DNA of 64,000 nucleotides from Myxococcota bacterium (GCA_036012755.1 DASCPX010000087.1:1-64000), one strand, 5' to 3'. Shown: positions 34,784 through 45,480, counted from the first letter of the stretch. A program made the numbers and translations. The notes: generated by a model from the sequence alone, not told the origin.

Positions 34784-36286
34784 CTACTCTTCCGGCCTCG
34801 GTGGTGTTTCAGGGCGCTTGGGTGGGCGCGCCACGCGCGCAGCGGGATTGACCCGCCCGAAGGCCACGCGACGGATGTTGTAGAGCGCCGCGCCGAGGAA
34901 TGACAGGCCCACCAGCAGACCCAAAGACGGCATCATGAACGCCGCCGATTGGCGGAAGGGGACCGGCTGGGCCCATCCCTCCGAGTCGATCTCAGCAGGG
35001 GGACCATCGAACCAGGCGCTCGGGTAGAGCGTGATCGCCGACTCCGCCTGGCTGAAGTCCTTGAGCCGGATCTTCGTGTCGAAGCTGCGCCTGAGGTAGG
35101 CGACGTCGAGCTGGTAGCGCACCTCGAACCAGTCGTACCGCACGGCGGCGGCGTCCCTGAAGGCCTCGCCGAGTCCCCGCGAGTCGCGTCGGGTGTAGGC
35201 CGAGCCGCCGCCCTGCCGAGCGATCCAGACCAGCGAGGCGTTGTCGATCGCGAAGCGCTCCAGGTCCCCGTCGATCTTGCGCTTGGCGAACTTGCCGCAG
35301 ACATCCGAGGGCTGGACCTCCACTCGACCGGTCTGGGCCGCCTCGCGCACCTTCCTGTTGGCCAACAGCGGCGTGCCGAGGCCGACGGTGTAGATGGTCG
35401 GGCGCTGGGAGATGTCGGTCTTGTCGACGTCTCGCAGCTCCTTGAGGCTCTCGAGCAGGTTGGTCAACCTGCGGGCGTTGCCCCCGCAGGTGTCACTGGA
35501 GCTCAAGTTGTTGAAGCCGTCCGTGAGCACGATGATGGTCGGCGTGGCTTCGTAGCGGGCCATGAAGCGGGCCACCGCCGGGTCCGCGCTCAGCTCGCTC
35601 GCGGCGTAGCCGACGGCGTCGTAGAGGTGGGTGTAGCCACCGCGAACGCCCAGGTGCTTCTTCACCCGATTGCGGTACTTCTTGGGCTCCAGGATGACCT
35701 CGATCTCGTCACTCCCGACGGGGGTCGGTCTCCCGTTCGTGAAGCTCAGGAGCACGACCCCGGTCTCGACGCCCTCGCGGAAGAAGGCGTCGACGACCTC
35801 GTCGAGGAGCAAGGCTTCGCGGACCCGCTCGATCCTGGGCACCCCAGAGGACTGGAACATGCTCGTGTCGGTCTGGTTCATCGAGGAGGAGCCGTCGATC
35901 AACAGGACGTAGAGCTGGGCGTTGCGGTTCGGGCCGTGGGGGATGACCTCGACCCGCTCGACGCCTTCGTCTGGCCGCACGCGTCCGCCCGAGTGGTAGA
36001 CCTCGATGTTCTCCCGAGTCAGCGGCAGCGGGTAGGCGACGTCGTCCCCCTCGAGCTGGAACTGGACGCCGATGCGCACCTGGCCGCTGGCGCGGTCGAC
36101 ATACGGCGTGCAGTACTTCATGTCCTCTTGGCGAACCCAGGCCGCCTCGCAGTCGAGCTCGTCGCGGAAGACGAGCATGTCCATCTCGGTGCCCTCGGTC
36201 ATCTCGACGGCGCCGACACGGAGCGTCGTGCCAGGGACCGGGTCCGAGGGCGCCGAGCAGGCCAAGGCCAACAGCAGCCCGAGCAC
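34784..36286 (-). CDS. vWA domain protein with signal peptide and C-terminal TM
   Basis: MIDAS VLLIDGSSSM, THLYDAV, IIVLTDG, IYTVGLG. Confidence 0.85.
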   Translation of the reverse strand: MLGLLLALACSAPSDPVPGTTLRVGAVEMTEGTEMDMLVFRDELDCEAAWVRQEDMKYCTPYVDRASGQVRIGVQFQLEGDDVAYPLPLTRENIEVYHSGGRVRPDEGVERVEVIPHGPNRNAQLYVLLIDGSSSMNQTDTSMFQSSGVPRIERVREALLLDEVVDAFFREGVETGVVLLSFTNGRPTPVGSDEIEVILEPKKYRNRVKKHLGVRGGYTHLYDAVGYAASELSADPAVARFMARYEATPTIIVLTDGFNNLSSSDTCGGNARRLTNLLESLKELRDVDKTDISQRPTIYTVGLGTPLLANRKVREAAQTGRVEVQPSDVCGKFAKRKIDGDLERFAIDNASLVWIARQGGGSAYTRRDSRGLGEAFRDAAAVRYDWFEVRYQLDVAYLRRSFDTKIRLKDFSQAESAITLYPSAWFDGPPAEIDSEGWAQPVPFRQSAAFMMPSLGLLVGLSFLGAALYNIRRVAFGRVNPAARVARPPKRPETPPRPEE

Positions 36287-37285
36287 CTACTTCTCCTCGC
36301 GCGGGAGCATCAGGAACTCGAGCTCGACCTGGGCTTCGCCCTCGCCCAGCACGATGCGATCGCCGGGTTTGAGGCGGGTCTCCAGCGGCGCCGGACGGCG
36401 CGGGTCGTAGCGGATGTCGATGCTCTCGAGGAAGCGCTTCACCTTGACGGGGTGGAGCGTCAGCCCGCGGGCCTTGTAGTTCTGGTCGTCGTCCACGACC
36501 ACGCTGGCGTGGAGCTCGAGCACCCCTTCCTGGACAGGCATCCACATGTCGAGGCCGCGGGGGAAGTGACCCACGAAGCGCTCCTTGTAGGAGCGATCCA
36601 GGGCGTCCACCGGTATTCGATGGGAGTAGCGGCTCCCCTTCAGCACGCGCAGCCAGCCTGCATAGAGCTCGTTGGGGATGCCCCAGCACAAGAGGCCAAA
36701 AGCGCCACCGAGCGCCGCCGCGCCGAGGGCGCCCGCGAAGTAGAGATCGTAGAAGGCCGTGAAGTTGCAGAGGTGCCAGACGGCGGCCCCGGCGAGCCCG
36801 CATGCCAGGCCTGCGATCAGGTGGTCGAGCAAATATGCGCCCTTTCGCACGATGAGCGGCCCGATCGCGGCGGAGAGCCCGGCCATCGCGAAGACCCCGA
36901 TGCGGTACCGAAGGCTGATCAGCGAGGCGTCGCCGTAGTCCGCCGCGGCCTCCTCGGGGAAGAGCATGGGCAGGGTGAGGTTGTGCCAGGCGAGGAACCA
37001 GACACCGGTGAGCCCCCCGCTGATGCCTGCTGACAAGAGCGTCCGGGACACCCGCCAGAGAGGGTGAAAGCGCCGCAGGGTGCCCTCCGCGAGGGTGGAC
37101 GAGCCCGCGGTGAAGGCCACGACGACCACCAGGAAGATGAGCCCGTCGAAGTCGATCGACCAGAAGGGTCCGAAGAGCACGACCCAGGACAGACACAGCC
37201 ACCAGCCCAGGAGCGCAGCGGCCCCGGTGAACAGGGCGACCTGGAAGTGCCGAAGCCACGTGTAGGGCACCAGGAAGATGTTCAC
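36287..37285 (-). CDS. Multi-pass membrane protein with C-terminal FHA-like domain
   Basis: About 6 TM segments then AGWLRVLKG...FVGH...LHASV...RLKPGDRIVLG; GTG start at 37285. Confidence 0.7.
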   Translation of the reverse strand: MNIFLVPYTWLRHFQVALFTGAAALLGWWLCLSWVVLFGPFWSIDFDGLIFLVVVVAFTAGSSTLAEGTLRRFHPLWRVSRTLLSAGISGGLTGVWFLAWHNLTLPMLFPEEAAADYGDASLISLRYRIGVFAMAGLSAAIGPLIVRKGAYLLDHLIAGLACGLAGAAVWHLCNFTAFYDLYFAGALGAAALGGAFGLLCWGIPNELYAGWLRVLKGSRYSHRIPVDALDRSYKERFVGHFPRGLDMWMPVQEGVLELHASVVVDDDQNYKARGLTLHPVKVKRFLESIDIRYDPRRPAPLETRLKPGDRIVLGEGEAQVELEFLMLPREEK

Positions 37286-37326
37286 GCTGAGCCCTCGCTG
37301 GCTCGGGACGATAGCATCGGGTCGCA

Positions 37327-38973
37327 ATGGCATCGGACCTCGCCCTATACCTCCGGCTGACCCAGGAGTTCGGCGGAACCAGGTTCGGCCCCTTCGAGGG
37401 CAGCGAGGTCCGGCTCGGCGCCGACGGGGACCGCTGCGACATCGTCCTGCCAGAGGCGCTCGGCGTCATCTCGGTGCACGTCAAGATCATCAGGCAGTCC
37501 GACGACAACCTGATCATCGCCCCGGTCGATCGGACCGCCGCGGTCTTCGTCTGGGCCGGAGGCAGCCAGCGTCCCAAGCAGGTCACGACGCCGGTCGCGG
37601 TGCGGCACAACGATCGCTTCGCGCTGGTGACGGCCAGCGGACCTTGCTTCATCGTCGAGATCGACGAGCTGCCAGAGGAGATCAAGGAACAGCGGAAGAA
37701 GTCCCGCGGCCGGCGCTCGCGCCTGTCCAAGGAGGGCTTCAAGCAGGAAGGAAAGCGCCAGGTCTGGATGCGTCTGTTGACGACCTGGCCCGGCCAGATG
37801 GCGCAGCGGGCGTACACCTACGTCAAGAGCGGGGCCATCTTCATGCCCCGCAACATCATCATGATCGTGGGCATCTGCGGTGGCTACGTCTTCGGCGGCG
37901 TCCAGAGCTGCCGCATGGGAGGGGTCGAGGAGAACCTGGACTTCGCCGAGGTCGAACTCGGCGAGTGCAACGACCGGGCCGAGGCCGCAGAGAACCTGGG
38001 GCGGGAGAGCGACGAGGCGACCTTCACCGATCTGGTCGGCAAGATCACCATCGACGCGAAGCTCGCCGCCGCGCTCGAGAAGGACAAGAAGCTACGAGCC
38101 GCCGTCAAGGAGCGCACCATCGTCGTGCTCGAGCGGCAGAGCGACTACGAGTGGCTGATCAACCCGAAGAGCGGGCGGGCCCAGGCGGCCTCCTTCGCCA
38201 CCTACCGGGAGAAGCTCCTGGCCGACAGCGACATCGAGACCGAGACCGCCCACCTGCTGGCGTGGACCGCGGCGATCCCGAACGCGCCGAGCCTGAAGGG
38301 CTTCAGCGTCGTGCTCGACAGCAACGGAGACCAGGTCTGCGGGCGGGGTCCGGCGGCGATGACCTGGCGGCAGGCCAACAACCTGGCGATCGGGGCTCAA
38401 CTGGACGCCCTCGTCGGCGATCCCGAGCCGCTGCAGGAGTCCCGAGAGAAGCGCGAAGCGGCGCTCAAGGCCACGGCGGAGGCAGGGGGCGAGGACGAGT
38501 GGGAGTTCGAGGGCGACGTAGAGGCCAACTTCGCCAACATCCGGCAGGGCAACAAGACCTGCATGTACATCGACGGCACCGACCAGCGAGACAGCATCAG
38601 CACGCTGGTGTCGAAGCTCGGAAACGAGCTCGGCAGCGACGGGGACTACCTGCCCACGACGGCGGAGAACCACCACGCGGTGGCCGCGGTGGCCAAGCTC
38701 TACGCCGCCGATCTCTCGGACGTGGACATGCGCGACAAGAAGTCGGGCTTCGACCTGACCAGCGTGCCCAGCGTCTCGCTGGACCCCTACCAGGGCAAGG
38801 ACTGGGTACTCAAGCAGACCGCGGAGGTCATCGCCAGGGCGGCGATGCTGCCCTGCATCGCGGTGCTCAAGTACCAGGACAACGCAGAGGTGAAGAACGT
38901 GCTCGGCGACGAGCTACCGAACTCGACGGACTGCCTGGTCCTGGAGTGGAAGCTCAGGAATGACGCTTTCTAG
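37327..38973 (+). CDS. FHA-like domain protein with TM and periplasmic domain
   Basis: EVRLGADGDRCDIVLP...VHVKI...VRHNDRFAL N-terminal FHA-fold pattern; hydrophobic segment near residue 180. Confidence 0.7.
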   Translation: MASDLALYLRLTQEFGGTRFGPFEGSEVRLGADGDRCDIVLPEALGVISVHVKIIRQSDDNLIIAPVDRTAAVFVWAGGSQRPKQVTTPVAVRHNDRFALVTASGPCFIVEIDELPEEIKEQRKKSRGRRSRLSKEGFKQEGKRQVWMRLLTTWPGQMAQRAYTYVKSGAIFMPRNIIMIVGICGGYVFGGVQSCRMGGVEENLDFAEVELGECNDRAEAAENLGRESDEATFTDLVGKITIDAKLAAALEKDKKLRAAVKERTIVVLERQSDYEWLINPKSGRAQAASFATYREKLLADSDIETETAHLLAWTAAIPNAPSLKGFSVVLDSNGDQVCGRGPAAMTWRQANNLAIGAQLDALVGDPEPLQESREKREAALKATAEAGGEDEWEFEGDVEANFANIRQGNKTCMYIDGTDQRDSISTLVSKLGNELGSDGDYLPTTAENHHAVAAVAKLYAADLSDVDMRDKKSGFDLTSVPSVSLDPYQGKDWVLKQTAEVIARAAMLPCIAVLKYQDNAEVKNVLGDELPNSTDCLVLEWKLRNDAF

Positions 38974-39074
38974 TTCTCTCCGGCCCCCCTGGTAGGAAAC
39001 GAGTGCCCCAGCGCCGCGCCGCGCCGCGCCGAAGGCGCCGGTGGAAGGCGCGTCGCGACTTCTGCCGAGGGGCG

Positions 39075-39440
39075 CTAGTCCCTGCGCCTGGCCGCGGCGG
39101 CGGCGAGCAGGATGGCGCCAAGGCCAAGCGGAGCAAGGCCGGTGGCGCAGCCGCAGCCGCCCCCTTCTCCAGCCAGCTCTGCGGCGCCCGCGCCGCTGAC
39201 CACGCCGGAGTCGCCGGAGTCGCTGTCTTCGCCCTCGCTGTCATCCGTGTCGCCGCTGTCGGTGTCACCGGTGTCGGTGTCACCGGTGTCGGTGTCGCCG
39301 CTGTCGGTGTCGCCGCTGTCGGTGTCCCCAGTGTCGGTGTCGCCGGTGTCGGTGTCGGTGTCGCCGGTGTCGTCCGGGGCCAGCCCGGTGTCGTCAGCGT
39401 GAACGGGGGCGGCGAGGAGCCACGAGAGCAGGAGAATCAC
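39075..39440 (-). CDS. Small DTGD-repeat protein with MYXO-CTERM-like C-terminus
   Basis: GGAGG RBS + GTG; signal peptide; (DTD[TS]G)n; GGGCGCATG-hydrophobic-RRRD tail. Confidence 0.75.
   Translation of the reverse strand: MILLLSWLLAAPVHADDTGLAPDDTGDTDTDTGDTDTGDTDSGDTDSGDTDTGDTDTGDTDSGDTDDSEGEDSDSGDSGVVSGAGAAELAGEGGGCGCATGLAPLGLGAILLAAAAARRRD
39245..39372. repeat. 15-nt coding tandem repeat (gtgtcgccgctgtcg-like)
   Basis: About 8 imperfect units encoding DTDSG/DTDTG on the minus strand. Confidence 0.8.
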
Positions 39441-39530
39441 GGTCGCCTCCACAGCGCAGGCGCAGTGTATCCGTCTGCGATGGCACGCCACATTGGGCCG
39501 GGATAGACCCGGCGGGTTTCTCGGAGATTA

Positions 39531-40322
39531 ATGATGGCCACGAAGCCGCCTACCATCGCCAGTCTTGTCCGTACCGCGACGAAGTCGCAGAAGTTGTATG
39601 TCGAAAACACTTCGTACATCCTCATCGAGGACGACAAGGACCGAATCGTCGAGTACTTCACTCGCTTGAGCCTTCCTCGCGAATGGACCAACCCAGAGGA
39701 CACCGCCGAGTGGGCCCAAGAGGCCATCGACAACGTCAAGGACTTCGCCTTCGAGCTGGCCCTGATGGACGGGATGACCAAGTACCTCGAGCGCAACCTG
39801 CGCAAGATCAAGTGGCACATCAGCCACCCCGGAGAGCCGGACGCCGCCGCGAGCGCGGGGGCTGTCTACCTGATCTTCGAGGCCCAGGGCGAGTTCGCAG
39901 CCTTCCGGATCCGCCGCCTCATGAACATCATGCGGAACACCGAGACGCTGTCGGCCCTGGAGTGGGGTACCGCCAGGGAGCTCCTCAACCGCTGCTACCG
40001 GGACTACCGCAGCTCCGTTCAGCTGGTCACGATGCGCTACCTCGAGGCCCTGCTCGGCGCAGCAGATCCGGCGGACGCAATCGCTGCGCTCCAGGGCTAC
40101 CCGCAGCTGATGCGCAAGCACACGGAGATCCTCGAGGGCCTCCGCACAGAGGTCGAGGAGATCCGCCAGACCCTCGCCGTCCAGCCTGACGGCTACCCGC
40201 TGGTGAGCCCGCCCCGCTACTTCGGCGGTGACCTGCTCGACGCCACCTCGTGGAAGCACTTCTGGGGCGACGTCGGCACGATGTCGGACTCCCTGCGCCA
40301 GCACGTCGGACTCGGCATCTGA
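39531..40322 (+). CDS. Hypothetical cytoplasmic protein
   Basis: GGAG RBS, protein-like composition and codon bias; no family recognised. Confidence 0.7.
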   Translation: MMATKPPTIASLVRTATKSQKLYVENTSYILIEDDKDRIVEYFTRLSLPREWTNPEDTAEWAQEAIDNVKDFAFELALMDGMTKYLERNLRKIKWHISHPGEPDAAASAGAVYLIFEAQGEFAAFRIRRLMNIMRNTETLSALEWGTARELLNRCYRDYRSSVQLVTMRYLEALLGAADPADAIAALQGYPQLMRKHTEILEGLRTEVEEIRQTLAVQPDGYPLVSPPRYFGGDLLDATSWKHFWGDVGTMSDSLRQHVGLGI

Positions 40323-40354
40323 ACGTAGGTCGGGGCGAGCCCGCGACCCCCGGT

Positions 40355-41023
40355 TCAGACCCCGCGGTCCTCTGGGTCCCAGATGACCTTGTGGATCTGC
40401 AGACCCAGCCGAGCCGGGACGCCTGATGACAGCAGCCACTCCACCAACGTGGCGGGCTCCAGGGCACCCCAGACAGGCGAGAACAGCACGGCGGTGACTC
40501 GCTGACCGAGGTCATGAGCTCGCACGAAAGCGACCGCCCAGTCGAAGTCGCGGCGAGAAGCCAGGACGAACTTCACCTCGTCGTGGGGCCGCAGGCGCGG
40601 GATGTTCCCGAGATCGTTGCTGTCGGCCTCGCCGCTGTCCGGCGCCTTCAGATCCAGGATGACGCGGACCTCGGCCGGGACGCCCTCGGTGGAGATCGAG
40701 CCGCTGGTCTCCAGGAGCACCTCGGCCCCTCGATCGACGAGCCGCTGCAAGAGGACGAGGCACTGGCGCTGGAGCAGCGGCTCGCCGCCAGTGACCTCGA
40801 CCAGCCCGATGCCGTGGGACAGAGCCTCGTCCACCACCGCGTCGATCGAGCGACGCTCGCCACCGGTGAAAGTGAAGGCCGAGTCGCACCAGCTGCAGCG
40901 GAGGTTGCAGCCGGTCAGGCGGACGAAGACGCATGGCCGACCCGCGTGAGTGCTCTCGCCCTGCACCGAGGTGTAGATCTCGCTGACGCGAAGGCGCTCG
41001 TCGATGGGGATCTCGTCAGGCAT
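40355..41023 (-). CDS. queE: 7-carboxy-7-deazaguanine synthase (radical SAM)
   Basis: SEIYTSVQGES..AGRPCVFVRLTGCNLRCSWCDS, VTGGEPLLQ, LETSGS, DLKAPDSG, LQIHKVIW. Confidence 0.92.
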   Translation of the reverse strand: MPDEIPIDERLRVSEIYTSVQGESTHAGRPCVFVRLTGCNLRCSWCDSAFTFTGGERRSIDAVVDEALSHGIGLVEVTGGEPLLQRQCLVLLQRLVDRGAEVLLETSGSISTEGVPAEVRVILDLKAPDSGEADSNDLGNIPRLRPHDEVKFVLASRRDFDWAVAFVRAHDLGQRVTAVLFSPVWGALEPATLVEWLLSSGVPARLGLQIHKVIWDPEDRGV

Positions 41024-41056
41024 CGAAGTTACTTGGAGGCCCCCACTGGAGGCGTG

Positions 41057-42451
41057 ATGTCGTTTCGGATCGAGAAGGACTCCCTCGGCGAGGTCCAGGT
41101 CCCGTCCAGCGCCTACTATGGTGCCCAGACCCAGCGAGCCGTCGACAACTTCCCCATCAGCGGGCGCCCCTTCCCGCCGCGCTTCATCCGCAGCCTCGGG
41201 ATCGTCAAGCGGGCCTGCTGCGAAGCCAACGAGGAGCTCGGCCGCGTCGAGGTCGACAAGGCCGAGTGGATCGCCGCCGCCGCGCAGGAGGTCATCGACA
41301 ACAAGCTCGACGACCACTTCCCGATCGACGTCTTCCAGACCGGCTCGGGGACCTCGACGAACATGAACGCCAACGAGGTCATCAGCAATCGCGCCATCGA
41401 GCTGATGGGGGGCGAGCTCGGCTCGAAGGTGCCGGTCCACCCCAACGACCACGTCAACATGGGCCAGAGCTCCAACGACGTCATCCCGACCGCCATCCAC
41501 GTCGCCGGCGCCACGGCCATCCACGAGGACCTCGCCCCCGCCCTGAAGCACCTGCAGAGGGCGCTGGCGGAAAAAGCCGAGGCCTGGGACCACATCGTCA
41601 AGTCGGGCCGGACCCACCTCATGGACGCCACGCCGATCCGGCTGGGCCAGGAGTTCTCCGGCTACGCGGAGCAGGCCGCCAAGGCCGTGGTGCGTGCCGA
41701 GAAGGCCAAGAAGGCACTCTACGAGCTGGCCCTGGGCGGAACGGCCGTCGGCACGGGCATCAACCGCCCGCCGAGCTTCCCGCGCCTGGCCATCGAGCGC
41801 ATCGCCGCAGACACGGGCCTGCCCTTCATCGAGGCCCGCAACCACTTCGAGGCCCAGGGAGCTCGCGACGGGGTGGTCGAGGCCCACGGTCAGCTGAAGA
41901 CCATCGCGGCGTCGTTGACCAAGATCGCCAACGACATCCGCTGGCTCGGCAGCGGCCCCCGCACCGGCTTCTACGAGATCGCCCTGCCCTCGGTCCAGCC
42001 CGGCTCGAGCATCATGCCGGGCAAGGTCAACCCCGTGATGAGCGAGATGCTGACCATGGTCTGCGCCCAGGTGATGGGCAACGACGTGGCGGTGAATATC
42101 GGCGGCGCCAGCGGCAACTTCGAGCTCAACGTCTACCTGCCGCTGATGGCGATGAACCTGCTGGACTCGGTGCGGCTGCTGGCCAACGGCGCCCGGACCT
42201 ACGCGGACCGCTGCGTCGAGGGACTCGTCGCCAACGAGGACCGCTGCCGCGAGACGGTCGAGAAGAACCTGGCCATCTGTACGTCACTGGCCCCGGCCAT
42301 CGGCTACGACAAGGCCGCCGCGATCTCGAAGCACGCCTTCAAGACTGGCCAGAACGTGCGGGACGTGGCCAAGGAGTGGGGGGTCCTGCCCGAGAAGGAG
42401 ATCGACCGCCTGCTGGACTTCCACGCGATGACGGTGCCCGAGTCGGAGTAG
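41057..42451 (+). CDS. fumC: Class II fumarate hydratase
   Basis: RIEKDSLGEV, YGAQTQRA, FQTGSGTSTNMNANEV, HPNDHVNMGQSSND, GRTHLMDATP, PGSSIMPGKVNP. Confidence 0.97.
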   Translation: MSFRIEKDSLGEVQVPSSAYYGAQTQRAVDNFPISGRPFPPRFIRSLGIVKRACCEANEELGRVEVDKAEWIAAAAQEVIDNKLDDHFPIDVFQTGSGTSTNMNANEVISNRAIELMGGELGSKVPVHPNDHVNMGQSSNDVIPTAIHVAGATAIHEDLAPALKHLQRALAEKAEAWDHIVKSGRTHLMDATPIRLGQEFSGYAEQAAKAVVRAEKAKKALYELALGGTAVGTGINRPPSFPRLAIERIAADTGLPFIEARNHFEAQGARDGVVEAHGQLKTIAASLTKIANDIRWLGSGPRTGFYEIALPSVQPGSSIMPGKVNPVMSEMLTMVCAQVMGNDVAVNIGGASGNFELNVYLPLMAMNLLDSVRLLANGARTYADRCVEGLVANEDRCRETVEKNLAICTSLAPAIGYDKAAAISKHAFKTGQNVRDVAKEWGVLPEKEIDRLLDFHAMTVPESE

Positions 42452-42523
42452 GGCTCGGGCGCGCTGGGGCCGCCCTCCCGCGCGGAGGCCGAGCCGAGAG
42501 CGCGAGGTCGTCCCCTGCGTCGG

Positions 42524-42835
42524 TCAGTCCGCGTCATCGAAGAGCAGCGCCAGGCCCCAGGTAGAGGCAACCGTCCAGCCGATGAGCACCAGGCCATCTG
42601 CGACCGAGCGGACCCGGAACTCCGATGAGAACAAGGTGCTCCAGGGCAGCAGCAGCATCAAGCCCACGCCGACCCAGACGCCTACGAAGACGATGCACTG
42701 GCTCAGCGGGCCGAAGAAGGCGACGCCCTCGAGCACGGTCCGGGGACGCTCGAACAGCCTCGACTTCACGAGCAGCCAGGCCAGCCCGTAGACCGCCCCA
42801 GAGAACAACAAGAGGTCCAGCCAGCTCCAGCTCAT
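42524..42835 (-). CDS. Small membrane protein (DUF1360-like)
   Basis: Three hydrophobic segments; SRLFERPR...CIVFVGVWVG resembles a CxxCxGxW motif with one Cys lost. Confidence 0.5.
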   Translation of the reverse strand: MSWSWLDLLLFSGAVYGLAWLLVKSRLFERPRTVLEGVAFFGPLSQCIVFVGVWVGVGLMLLLPWSTLFSSEFRVRSVADGLVLIGWTVASTWGLALLFDDAD

Positions 42836-42908
42836 GCGGGCGCCACCCGCGCGAGTCTACAGCCGCGCTTGCAGCGCACGACCGGCCTGATCATCCAGCG
42901 TCGGTGTG

Positions 42909-43502
42909 TCATCGCTCGCCCATCCAGTGAACCAGCGCCACCACGTCCACCCCGAGGCCTGACTGGGCATACTTGGTCCCAGAGAAGCCCACGCTACATC
43001 CATCGGATTCCACGCAGAAGAAGGTCTCACCATCGCGGGGGTAGCCGACACGGAAGACGACAAAAGCGAACTCGTGGGCCAGCCCGACCTCTGCCAGGAT
43101 TGCAGGCACCCATACGGTAGGGGTCATGTACGCGATGTCGTCCGGGTCCTGAGACCCCCACCGCCTGTGGAGGCGGTAGAGGGTGGCGTCCACCCCCAGT
43201 GCGAGCCACGTTGAGTCCAGGAAGCGATCGTCGCCACGCCAGAAGCGCGACTGCAGGGCCAAGGCACCCCCCACGGCCTCTGCGCTGCCGCCGTAGAAGC
43301 TCCCATTCCAGCCAGAGATGGCCAGGCTCGGTCCGATCGAGAGGCGCTCAGAGACGGAAACCAGCACCGCCCCGCCAGCCGTCGCCTGCACGCCCGTCGA
43401 CCAGTACAGCGTCCCGTAGGTTGGGCCAGCGTCGACACTTGGCGCCACGTAGACCCCTCCGGCGAGCGAGACGGCTGTCCCCAGGCCCAGGATCAAGAAC
43501 AT
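42909..43502 (-). CDS. Secreted/outer-membrane hypothetical protein
   Basis: Signal-like N-terminus, beta-strand pattern; overlaps the upstream ORF end. Confidence 0.5.
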   Translation of the reverse strand: MFLILGLGTAVSLAGGVYVAPSVDAGPTYGTLYWSTGVQATAGGAVLVSVSERLSIGPSLAISGWNGSFYGGSAEAVGGALALQSRFWRGDDRFLDSTWLALGVDATLYRLHRRWGSQDPDDIAYMTPTVWVPAILAEVGLAHEFAFVVFRVGYPRDGETFFCVESDGCSVGFSGTKYAQSGLGVDVVALVHWMGER

Positions 43503-45480
43503 GCATCACCCGAGTCACAGGTGGTGTCCTTGGTGTCGTTCCAGCACCGCCACCTGAACTGCCGGCGCGCCACGCCGCCGAGGTCGGCGATGTCCTCTTC
43601 GATGCGCCTGACCTTGCGCAGGTGACGCCTGTCCAGGCGTTCGATCTTGGCATTCCTCCTGGCGATGCGTCGCTGGATCCGGTTGTGGGCCCAGCTCCCG
43701 GGCTCCTCGTCCGAGAGACCGTCCCGCAGCTCCTCGCGCTCGGCGACGAGCTCGTCCCTCTTCAGCGTGTGCGCCGCTCGCAGCTCTTCCAGCTCCGCCT
43801 CGAGCGCGGCCTGGTCCGAGGCGGAGACCGGGAAGCTCGCCCACCACCGGAGCTCGGGATCTCCGGAGCCCCAGCCCGTGATCTCCCACTCCAGCTTCGC
43901 CTTCTCGTCCGACCTGACCGGGTCGCAGTTCGACGCAATGGACACCGAGCCCTCGAAGAGCAGCTGCTCGGGGTGCTTGACCCCCGGCGCCAGGGTCGGA
44001 AAGGCGGCGTCGAAGTCCTGGCCGAGGCGCTGCCACCAGGTGCTCGATGTCTTCTCCTGTCCGCAGCCCGACGGGCAATGCTCGGAGACGCGCGCACGCC
44101 ACTCCCAGATCTTCTCCACGTGCGTCTCGGAGTTGCCTCCGTAGTAGCCCACCCGTGACTCGCCGAAGACGTGACCGAGCTCGTGGACCAGGGTCTTGCC
44201 CGGCCGCCCCAGGCAGCCGAGGAAGGCCCCGTAGTAGCGCCTCGCCTTGGCGAGCTGGTGGTCGAAGCCGGAGACGCCGTCGATCGTCAGGGCCTCCAGC
44301 TCAGTCTGGAGGACCGCGGCGACCATGGTGAGGAGGCGGGCAGCCTGGTAGCACTTCACCGCGCCGATGATGTAGGGGCGACCAGGGCAGGACCCAGCCG
44401 GACCAGCGTGGGTGCGGGCGGAACGGGGGAGGGCATCTTTGTGCTCCCTCGCTTTCCGAAGAAGTTCTTCTCGCTCGCGAGCCCCAGCTCCCCGACTGGA
44501 TCGAGGTAGGTCCTGGAAGGCGTCCAGCTCAAGCTCGAGAGGTCGAAGTCCCCGACGAAGGGGACCGGGTACGCCGCTGTCCCGTTCAGGTAGGCGCCGA
44601 TCCGCCCCACCGCGTCCCGCTGGCCGATGGCGACGATCAGGGACGGAGCCACGGTGCCGCTGAGGCGCCAGTCCCAGTGCTTGCGCCGGATCTTGCGGGC
44701 GGGGCCCCCCTTTCGGCGGGAGCGAATCTCGACGGGGGCCAGGTCGATCGTGGCGTGGACCAGGCTCAGGAGCTCGGACAGGAACCAGGTGACCGGGTCC
44801 TGAAGCCAGAACGCCGGCACGGTCCAGCGCCACGCGCCGTCTTCATCATCCAAGCTCCGGGTCACCCGCGCGATGGGATCCGTGTCCAGCTGGACGCCGT
44901 TGTTGACGATGGCGTCGAAGGCCGCCACCGGGAGGCAAGGCGTTGAGTCCCACCGAGACCTCGGGATCCGGGATCTCCATCGGGGCTGCGAACTCCTCCA
45001 TCAACTCGAGCCAGTCCACCGCCCCGTCCGGGTCGGCGAGGCAGAAGGAGAACCCCCTCGTCGCGCGCTCGCCGCCAGATGAGGTGGGTGCAGCCAGTCC
45101 GAGCCCCAGTCCGGGTACCGGCGTTCGCGCGACGGCGGGTGCCGCTGGCGCATCGCATGGGGGCGCGCCGCCCCGAAGCGGACCGTCTGGAGGTCGATCT
45201 GAGGGTCGATCTCTGGAGCGAACTGTGGAAGCGTGGGCTCGGGCGATGCGTCCAGGAGCCACATCCCCCCGTTGAACCCGCTGCCGTGGCGTTTCGCGCA
45301 CACGTCGAAGGTGAGGCGCACGGTCGTGTCCGGGCCGAGGTTCTCGATCCGGATCTCCACGCCGACGTCCCCCGGTGTCGGACCCGACCAGAGATCTTCC
45401 CGCGTGACGATCCCGAGCGGAATGGGGACATTCACCTGGTCGAGGGAGTCGAAGCCCGCATCCACGATGGTCTTGGCCAT
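43493..45480 (-). pseudogene. Frameshifted gene remnant containing a zinc-metalloprotease HELGH motif
   Basis: Protein-like text switches frame near 45090, 44930 and 44400; last segment has TLVHELGHVFG and a coiled-coil. Confidence 0.5.

Noticed and set aside
39245..39372. Possible CRISPR or iteron repeats
   Set aside because: In-frame coding repeat for DTD[TS]G.
41024..41887. 510-aa extended QueE fusion
   Set aside because: The extension is antisense to fumC; QueE starts at 41023.
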